From Alloascoidea hylecoeti (taxonomy: Eukaryota), in the NCBI GenBank assembly GCA_001600815.1, contig BCKZ01000014.1, positions 62,001-126,000 on the forward strand: DNA of 64,000 nucleotides, given 5' to 3'. This document shows positions 56,701 to 64,000 of this stretch, one piece after another. Numbering within the stretch: the stretch's first letter is position 1; every line of letters starts with the position of its first letter. The notes under the pieces were generated by a model. The model saw nothing but the letters and a program-made list of their open reading frames with translations, was not told the origin of the DNA and searched no databases. The translations under genes and the position numbers were made by a program.

Positions 56701-59700
56701 ATCTTTTTAATATCATTATCATATTCTTCTTCTAAAATTTTAGAAACATGACCTTTTGAAATCCCATCTAATAATTCTTTAATTGGTACATTAATTTCAT
56801 TTGTAAATTTAGCAGCAACTGGACCATGTAAAATACAAGTTCTACCAACATCTTCACCAACAACAGCAGCTAAATCTTCAGATTGCCAAAGTGAATCCTT
56901 TTTAAAATAAAAATCAAAATTATCATCCAATACAGGAACAAAAGGAACAGGTTTTTGAAAAGGATTTAAACATAAAGTTAAGAAATGATCTTTATCTTGA
57001 GCATTAATTAATTGATCTTTTGCATCAGGATAAGTTTCATTTAATGTTTCCAAAACTTTAAAAGGATTTTCTAATTCACTAAAAGATTGTAAAATTGATA
57101 ATTTTCCAGATTTTGATGTAAAACGTTCTTCTAATCTTCTTATAAAAGTACCAACAAAATTTCTTAAAGTTAAATCAATCCATCTTTTTTCCTTTTTAAC
57201 ATATAATAATTCAATTGATCTTGATACAATATCAATATAACTCATATCTTCTAAATCACAAGAATCACCATTTTTATCTCTACCAAACCAAGTTTTTTGA
57301 AAATCATCATTTAATTTCTTAATAATATAATCTTTTTTCTTTAACAAAGCTTCAACACGTTTCTTTTTTGGAATTGAAAAAATAGTTTTATCCATTTCTG
57401 CCCAAAAAAGCACACCTCTTGTTGCTAATTTATGAATAGATTCACCCATTTCTGAATCAACAGTAATAACACCACCAGTTGGTTTATTATAACATTGTTC
57501 CCATTGATCATCATCAACACCAGGAGCATCTTTAATAGCCAATTTTGCTCCTTGAGAAGTATGAGCTTCTTTTGCAGTCATTACTCTTGAACCAAATAAA
57601 ACACCATCAACAGGCATTGGTGGATAAGAATATTTAATACTCCATTCACCAGTTAAATAAGGATAAGTATCTTCAGAACTACCAAACCCAGAACCAATAA
57701 CTAAAGAAATATTAGATTGTCTTCTAATTTTTGAATACATTTGTAATAAAGGAGCATGAAAATCTTCATAAGAATGATGACCACCAGCTCTACCACCAGT
57801 CCATTGTAAAACAATTGGGAAATTTGGATGATTTTTTGCAATATTAATAACAGAAGAAATAGCATCAATTGAACCAGGTTTTAAACCTAAATGTTTAATA
57901 CCTAATTCATTAATATATTCAGAAGCAACTTCTAATGATGGAACACCAGCACCAATTGTTAAACCTTCAATTGGGAAACCAGCAGTTCTTAAATCTTTAA
58001 TCATTGGTATCCCCCATTGTAACATTCTTGGATTAACATAAATTAAATTTATAGAAATTCCTGTTCCAGGAATTGTAGATTTTTCAATTTCTTTTAAACA
58101 TTTAGTCATTCCAATTGGATCAAAATAACCACCACCAGCAACTTCAATTTGATAACCAGCATTTAAAGTAGCAGCAACAAAATCAGAATGAACAGTTGTT
58201 GGAGTCATTCCAGGTACCATAATTGGTTGTTTACCTAATAATCTTGAAAATCTTGTATCAACATAAATATCATCTGTACTTGTTTTAACTAATTTTGGTT
58301 TAAATTCTTCTAACCAATTTTGATTCCATTTAATATTTAAATCATCAAGATCAAAAATTTCTTGTTTATAACCATATTCTTCATTTAATTCACCATCAAA
58401 AACGCCAGCTAAAATCAATCTAACACCAGTACCATCTTTATTACGATGAGTTAAAACTCCTAAACCTGATATGCCACCAGGACCAAATTCTAAAATATGA
58501 GTTGCTTTAAAATTTGTTGCAATTTGCCAATTTACAGGAATATGAGTAATTAATTCAATTATTCTATCACCTAAATTACCATCATATTTTCTTAAATCTT
58601 TTCCATCAAAAGTATCAAAAACAGGAATTGATAAATCAGATTGTGGATAAGTAATTCCTTCTCTTTTTAAATCATTTGATATTAATTTTATGGCATCAAC
58701 TAATAAATTTGAATGAAAAGGAGAAGTAATTGGTAAAAATCGATTTGTAAATTTTAATTTTCTTTTTGAATGTGGTATTCTTGCTTGATCTAAACCAACT
58801 GCAGATTTTTCTTTTCTTAATGATAAATTTAAACCATATAATGACATTGGAGGACCAGAAATAACAAAATTTCTTGCACCATTAATTAAAGAAATTGTAA
58901 CATGTTGTTCATTAGGTAAATGTTTATTTGTTTTATCAATAAAATTTTGAACTTGTTTTTGAGTTAAATCTCTAATTGAAAGCATTGGGTATGGATTACC
59001 TTCACCATTTTCAATTGAATCTTCAACAACAGAAGGAGGTAAAGCAGTATTTGGATAAGTTTGTAAACATCTAACACCAACATAAAATAAAAATGAAACA
59101 CATTTTAAAGCTTGTTCATTAAAAGAAGCCCAAGAATCAGAAGCAGCAATTGCAACAGCAGTAATTAAACCTTGAGAATGACCAGTTGCACCTTTTAAAT
59201 GTTTTTTCAATTGACCAGGGTTTAAACCAAGGACTTTTGCAGTTACAGCATAATGAGATAATTGAATAACAGCAATAATTGGACAAGAAATTGCAATTGA
59301 TAATAAATAATCATTACCAGGAGTTGAATCAGGATTTTCCAACCATTGAATAATATTTAAACCTTTTGCATAAACTTTTAAAATATTTGCATCTTGTCTT
59401 GATAAAGAAATCAATTTATCAGATAATAATTTAATAAAATCACCAATTAATGGATTATAAATATTATATAATTCTCTTAATTCATCAAAATAATCTTCAG
59501 TATTTCCTTGACCACCAAAAATTGAATACATTTCAACATTTTTATTTTTAAATAATGAAGGAATTGATTCATTAAAAGATTGTTTTGCTATAACTTTAGC
59601 AGTATAATAGGATTTGATTAAGCTTTTAACTTTTGATAAAGTTGTTGGATAAACATCATTAGTTTGTAAAATAGTAGCGAAATTATGAACATCTCTACCT

Positions 59701-59981
59701 TTTAAATAAAAATCATCAAACTCTTTTAATAAAATAGTTAAGACATTATTAAAAGGGCCAGGAGTCTCCCGAACTTGTAAAGCAGTGAAAAGTAAAAAAG
59801 AAGCCAAAAGTTCAGCCGGACTTGAAGGTTCAGCGTCGTCGGCAAGATCAGCAGTTGGGGTTGGAAGAGATTTAGAAAAGGCCTCTCTGAGCTGCGCACA
59901 AGTGACATAATCAGTTGAAGGGACCAACAACGAGACGTCAAGCTTGCCGTGAGACAGAGTCAGTGTGGAGTTTGTAGACAT
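53769..59981 (-). CDS. FAS1: Fatty acid synthase beta subunit (AT-ER-DH-MPT)
   Basis: About 2070 aa; [53 protein letters not shown]. Confidence 0.97.
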   Translation of the reverse strand: MSTNSTLTLSHGKLDVSLLVPSTDYVTCAQLREAFSKSLPTPTADLADDAEPSSPAELLASFLLFTALQVRETPGPFNNVLTILLKEFDDFYLKGRDVHNFATILQTNDVYPTTLSKVKSLIKSYYTAKVIAKQSFNESIPSLFKNKNVEMYSIFGGQGNTEDYFDELRELYNIYNPLIGDFIKLLSDKLISLSRQDANILKVYAKGLNIIQWLENPDSTPGNDYLLSIAISCPIIAVIQLSHYAVTAKVLGLNPGQLKKHLKGATGHSQGLITAVAIAASDSWASFNEQALKCVSFLFYVGVRCLQTYPNTALPPSVVEDSIENGEGNPYPMLSIRDLTQKQVQNFIDKTNKHLPNEQHVTISLINGARNFVISGPPMSLYGLNLSLRKEKSAVGLDQARIPHSKRKLKFTNRFLPITSPFHSNLLVDAIKLISNDLKREGITYPQSDLSIPVFDTFDGKDLRKYDGNLGDRIIELITHIPVNWQIATNFKATHILEFGPGGISGLGVLTHRNKDGTGVRLILAGVFDGELNEEYGYKQEIFDLDDLNIKWNQNWLEEFKPKLVKTSTDDIYVDTRFSRLLGKQPIMVPGMTPTTVHSDFVAATLNAGYQIEVAGGGYFDPIGMTKCLKEIEKSTIPGTGISINLIYVNPRMLQWGIPMIKDLRTAGFPIEGLTIGAGVPSLEVASEYINELGIKHLGLKPGSIDAISSVINIAKNHPNFPIVLQWTGGRAGGHHSYEDFHAPLLQMYSKIRRQSNISLVIGSGFGSSEDTYPYLTGEWSIKYSYPPMPVDGVLFGSRVMTAKEAHTSQGAKLAIKDAPGVDDDQWEQCYNKPTGGVITVDSEMGESIHKLATRGVLFWAEMDKTIFSIPKKKRVEALLKKKDYIIKKLNDDFQKTWFGRDKNGDSCDLEDMSYIDIVSRSIELLYVKKEKRWIDLTLRNFVGTFIRRLEERFTSKSGKLSILQSFSELENPFKVLETLNETYPDAKDQLINAQDKDHFLTLCLNPFQKPVPFVPVLDDNFDFYFKKDSLWQSEDLAAVVGEDVGRTCILHGPVAAKFTNEINVPIKELLDGISKGHVSKILEEEYDNDIKKIPVVEYFGHKPPISIRQVSQSDITSVTIYSDLKHDTVTYTIDSDNSSTLPSDDAWFTLLAGDKYSWRHAFFATDLIVQNTLLEPTPIRRILKPTHGLKVTFKNVNDLNKLIITAEEPLHKKLTKVLEIKKVNKEQIQLLLIESRTADHKPVALELLYNYRPRIGYAPIVEVMESRNDRIKEFYWKLWFGNDDKFDLNINVNKPIIGEKIKITKQQIAEFVHAVGNRGEAYIPRAGKETFAPMDFAIVAGWKAIIKALFPKTIDGDLLKLVHLSNGFSMVPGAEPLKDGDIVSSSAEVRAVINQPNGKVVEVCGTISRDNKPVLEVTSSFYYRGNYTDFENSFQKSKETPMQITLSSAKDVAVLKSKQWFQIDDEDFNLLGQTLTFRLESFVRFKDYNVFSEVSTTGQILVELPSKEIIQIGTVDYEASTSHGNPVIDYLKRNGNVIEQPILFENAIPFKTSSEDGLTLKAPASNEPYAIVSGDYNPIHVSRVFSAYADLKGTITHGMYSSASVRSLVEVFAANNVVSRVRAFNCNFIGMVLPYDNIEVKLEHVGMINGRKIVKVSATNKDTEAIVLTGEAEIEQPSSTYVFTGQGSQEQGMGMDLYESSEVAKAVWDRADRHFLASYGFSIIDIVKNNPKELTVHFGGPKGKAIRENYISMMFESIDKDGKLKSEKIFKEITESTTFFTFKSNTGLLSATQFTQPALTLMEKASFEDMKSKGLVPSDALFAGHSLGEYSALASLGDVMPIESLVDVVFYRGMTMQVAVPRDSQGRSNYGMCAVNPSRISSTFRDDALRFVVSHIAQQTGWLLEIVNYNIQDQQYVTAGDLRALDTLTNVLNLFKVQKIDIVKLQEIMSIEKVKEHLNEIVSEVSKQSEEKEQPIDLQRGFAVIPLKGISVPFHSSYLRSGVKPFQNFLVKKVPKTAVKPANLIGKYIPNLTAEPFEISKEYFQKVYDLTGSEKIKSILDNWEKYESS

Positions 59982-60185
59982 TCTGGACACTACAAGAAGA
60001 AGGGAATTGGGAGTGTGAAGATGAAAAAAAGAGGTTTATTTGCTTTTTTATAGTTTAACATTTCTTTGATTTAATTATGTTGGCTTATTTGTTGGGGCCG
60101 TTGTTGAGTCCGGAAATGGGCTCAGGAACTTCCGGGAAATGGCACCATATTTGCCGTCTCACAGGCATCTTCACCGGAATCACCA

Positions 60186-60822
60186 ATGGACAGAGACAGA
60201 CCCGGGGTGAAGGTGCCGTTCGTTTCCCTCCGTGTCGGCGAAAACCACATCAAGGAGATATTCTCGCCGTACGGTTATCTCGACAGAGTCCGTGTGACCG
60301 AAAGACGCGACCGCCGTGGCAAAATTGCCTTCATATTCTACGAGAACGAAGAAGACGCTAAGGAAGCGGTTTTTCGCATGAATGGCGGGCTGATCGATGA
60401 GGAGCCTGTGAAGTGTTTTCTACTCGCTTCCAGGGGCCCCAGAGGCTCGGGTGGTGCCAAAAGACACACGCGGAGACACATGGACTCCTATGTCCCCAGT
60501 TACAGAAGATCCGAAAGATCTGGCTCACGGTCTTCCTACTCTTCATACTCATCAAGAACCGGTTCGCCATCAAGATCAAGGTCAGCACAACGCCACAATC
60601 GCGACCGCTCTCGATCCTATTCTTATTCACGCTCAAGGTCTAGATCAAGGTCCAGAACTAGATCTCCTGCAAGGTCTCGTTCAAATTACAGAAGAAGAAG
60701 GTATTCCTCATCACTATCGAGGTCAAGGTCCAGAACTCCAAGATCCAGAACTCCAAGATCCAGAACTCCAAGACGTGATTCAAGATCACGCTCCATTACT
60801 CCAATCAAATCTAAAGCATCCG

Positions 60823-60855
<33 letters not shown>

Positions 60856-61007
60856 CAAAGTCAAAGTCAAAGTCAAAGTCAAAGTCAAGATCACGATCAC
60901 GATCACGATCACGATCACGATCACGATCACGATCACGATCTCGTTCAATATCTCGATCTCCAACTAGGTCTCTCAGATCCAATCACGAAGCAGAGAATAA
61001 GGATTAA
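60186..61007 (+). CDS. RRM + RS-domain splicing factor (RNPS1-like SR protein)
   Basis: N-terminal RRM (HIKEIFSPYG...IAFIFYE..EDAKEAV.RMNGGLID) followed by long RS/KS dipeptide tracts. Confidence 0.75.
60824..60940 (+). repeat. Coding hexamer arrays (TCAAGG)n(TCAAAG)n(TCACGA)n encoding RS/KS
   Basis: Directly visible tandem hexamers inside the SR-protein gene. Confidence 0.9.
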
Positions 61008-61323
61008 TAATACACCTACCACAATAGTACTATTTAATTTTTGCTCTTTCAAGAAATATTAATATTAATGAATGAATTTAAACCAGCAAACATATTATGA
61101 CATCTTTATCATTATTTTATGCATCTAATTTATATGTATCATAGCTATATAGAATCTGAAAAAAAGCGTTGAATTTTTGAAATTATCCTTTATTATATTA
61201 AATACCCTACATTTTCTCTGCCTATGTCCGATCTCCGTCTCGGCTTCTTTCTCTCTCAGTTACCCGGCGCTCCATCCAACCATCTTGTCCAACAGGAATA
61301 TCAATCTGTAAATCTACAGAAAA

Positions 61324-62407
61324 ATGTTTAATACTCTACGGCAAAATGTTGCCCTGCAATTCCAACATAAAATCCAACATAACTCAATAAACAAAATAAA
61401 TAATGTTATACGTTCTTTCCAATCGTCTTCTTTAAAATTGGGTGTTTTTGATGATATGAAAAATGATATGACAATAAAACCAGAAACTGAAATAAAAGTC
61501 GAAAAATTGGTAAGACCAATAGGATTAAGAAATAAACCAATATCTGGAGTGATTGATGAAATTGTTTCAAAAGGTTTATTTGAAAGAGGTAAAGATATCT
61601 TAGATTCTGAAAAAAGATTAGAAAGAAGAAAAGAGTTGTAAGTTCCTTCATATCTATCCCTATCCATATTATCTTTTAGTTTAACATTTTATTTGGAATT
61701 TGAATAGACAAGAAGAATTCTCAAAATCAGGTTTATATCAATCATATGTTTTTAGACATACAAAAGGAAAAGTATTTATACCATCACCATATTATTTTAA
61801 ATCTGAAAAATCATTATATTTTCCAAATATGATTGGTAAAACATTAAAATCAAATGATAAAAAATCAATCGTTGATTCAATAATTAATATTAATAATAAT
61901 AATAATAATAAAATTTCAATAATTAGATTATTTACAAATTCAGAAGGTGAAAAATTATCATCAAGTTTTTTCATTAATCCAAAATTAATAAAAAATGATA
62001 ATGATTTACAAGAAATTTTAAAATCAAAACCAAAATTAAAAGATGAATCAATTTCATTATTATCATCAAAATCATTTGAAATAGATAATCCAAATTTACA
62101 AATTATTGAAATTACATTAACTGAAAATTTTATAAAAGGTTTTTTTCAAGATTTATTTTTAAAAAATATTCGTAAAATAACACCTGAATATAGACATGAC
62201 AAATATTTTATATTACCAAGATCACAAATCCCTTTATCAACTGTTAAAAAATTAAAAATTGAAAATATTTATACTGGTTATATATTTATTGTTGATTTTA
62301 ATGGTAAAATTAGATGGGCAAGTTGTGGTGAAGCTAATTTTAATGAAATTACTTCATTATGGAAAACTATTAATGGAGTTTTAGAAGAGAAAAAACAATT
62401 GAAATAA
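61324..62407 (+). CDS. ATP10: Mitochondrial ATP synthase assembly factor; 2 exons (61324-61637, 61708-62407)
   Basis: A GTAAGT..TAG intron joins RRKEL|QEEFSKSG in frame; LVRPIG, GKVFIPSPYYFKSEKSLYFPN, GYIFIVD..GKIRWA.CG.A. Confidence 0.88.
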
Positions 62408-62800
62408 TCAATCAAGATAAAATAAATTTATAAATAAATAATTGTATATAAAAAAAAAGTTAAATAAAAAAAAAGATCTAACATCTGCACTTCACTTAAT
62501 TTAGGCCATGTGTGTTACAAATTATTGGCCGTCCCCATAATTTAGTGTTCGGCTACATTATCACCAGGTTTGTTCCCTTAATATGCATAACTTTAGGTGG
62601 CAAATTTCCGCCGAAATCGAGTCATGGAACTGGCCGATAATTTATGATCAGTAGGGCCTAAATTAAGTTAAATGATTGTTTCTTACCACAATCGTTCATG
62701 ATCATCCCTCCTATCATCAATTGAATATTCACACCACCACTACAAGTTAATTTAATCATACCACTCAACAATATACCAATATAAACAACACATCTATAAC

Positions 62801-63604
62801 ATGTTATCAAAATTATTACCACCAATAAATAGAATAATACATCCTAAAATTATTCGTCAATTTTCAACTAATTCTTTTATTTTAAAACAAAAAGATATAA
62901 AAGATCAATTTGAAGAAAATTTAAATTTAAATTCAAAATCTATTAAAAAACCAAATTTATTCCCAGGTAATTCAAATTCTAATTTAGACATTAAATCACA
63001 AGTCAAATCACATATTAATGATGATTTAAAAACAATTAAAAAGAAAAATATTCAAATTCCAAAAGAAATAAAAATTTTATATGATTTAAAAGAATCAAAT
63101 AATTCAATTTCTAATTCTTCAGAATCAATTGATTCTAATATTGAATCTAATTCAAAATTAAACATTTTAAAAGAACAAATTCCAACAGAATCAACAGATA
63201 TTAAAGCTATTTTTACAGAAATTAACCAAAATGAAACAACTAATCCATCAAAACCAATTATAAACAACCAACAATCTAAACCAATTAAAGAACCATCAAC
63301 ACCATTACATGATATAATAACATCACCTCCTTCATACTCAGCCCCAAAGAAAGAAATATCCCCTCATGTAAGTAATATATTATCACCAAAAACATCTATA
63401 ACCATAATTAATTAACTAACTGAATAAATATAGGCACTTTTATATATTCATTGGACAAAACCATTAATTAGAGTCCTTGGAATTTCATTTGGTACTTATT
63501 ATTTATTACTTGCATTTTGGCAATTTTTAGAAAATACAGACGATGAAACAATTGAAATTGAAAGATTAAAAAAATTAAAAAATAAATCTATTGTTGAAAA
63601 ATAA
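62801..63604 (+). CDS. Mitochondrial single-pass membrane protein, possibly INA17-like; 2 exons (62801-63367, 63434-63604)
   Basis: Presequence-like N-terminus; intron GTAAGT..AACTAAC..TAG; spliced C-terminus SPHALLYIHWTKPLIRVLGISFGTYYLLLAFWQFLE (TM segment) plus a charged tail. Confidence 0.6.
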
Positions 63605-64000
63605 TCCTTTTTCTAAAGATATACAATTTTATATATTAAAACTTGGTTTGTTGATAGGTAGATTAAAGCATTGTCAATGTTTTTAAGAAATATAAAATTC
63701 ATTAATTGAAATTTATCTGATTTGATAGGAAGAAAAATCTATAAGATCTTATATATACACATCTATATTTACAACTGTTTCTCATATCTAATATTCACAT
63801 TCATATCCGATAATTTAACAATTAATTAGCAATTACTCCTTAATAACTTTCGGGGTTAATATATAAGATTCTATTAACTACAAGCCAATTAAAATTGTTG
63901 TAGAGAAAGTTCTTTTAGATTTGATAAATGAATATTAATACAATTACAATTATAATTATAAATGTACGGTATGTTCAGATTGAGATTGAAAATGGGTATT

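Noticed and set aside
60451..61062. 203-aa ORF with GQ/SQ/DH repeats and an antisense DR/DL ORF (60686-60982)
   Set aside because: Alternative-frame shadows of the RS-domain hexamer arrays of the SR-protein gene.
1..64000. tRNA, rRNA, CRISPR arrays, intact transposase or reverse transcriptase, beta-glucosidase (GH1/GH3)
   Set aside because: None recognisable by eye in this eukaryotic window; tRNAscan/Infernal were not run.

Overview
AT-rich, intron-containing fungal DNA, most consistent with a Saccharomycotina yeast. Support comes from the conserved pairs YOL107W/TMEM115-INO4 and ALG8-VPS5, from FAS1, and from short GTAAGT/GTATGT introns. Housekeeping genes (MNN11-like, AHP1/PMP20, ALG8, VPS5, acetyl-CoA synthetase, PYK1, YNK1, STO1, amino-acid permease, PRS5, BER1, FAS1, an RRM/RS protein, ATP10) alternate with accessory stretches. 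The main feature is a putative cellulose/beta-glucan utilisation cluster at 41.0-47.4 kb. It comprises a secreted CBM1-GH45 endoglucanase with Mucorales-like architecture, an intracellular GH5, and a divergently transcribed LAC12/HXT2/CDT-type sugar porter, with clustered Mig1/CreA-type sites in the shared promoter. An inverted, decayed copy of the GH5-transporter unit lies at 14.4-18.3 kb. There the transporter is intact and nearly identical, the GH5 survives only as a 5' relic, a MITE-like element sits in its promoter, and a repeat-bracketed F-box gene lies at the breakpoint. Other notable items are an ALG8 orthologue with eroded catalytic motifs, a small secreted 4-Cys peptide gene, dispersed repeats, and palindrome-rich intergenic DNA. 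All similarities were judged by eye or from memory of the families; no searches were run.
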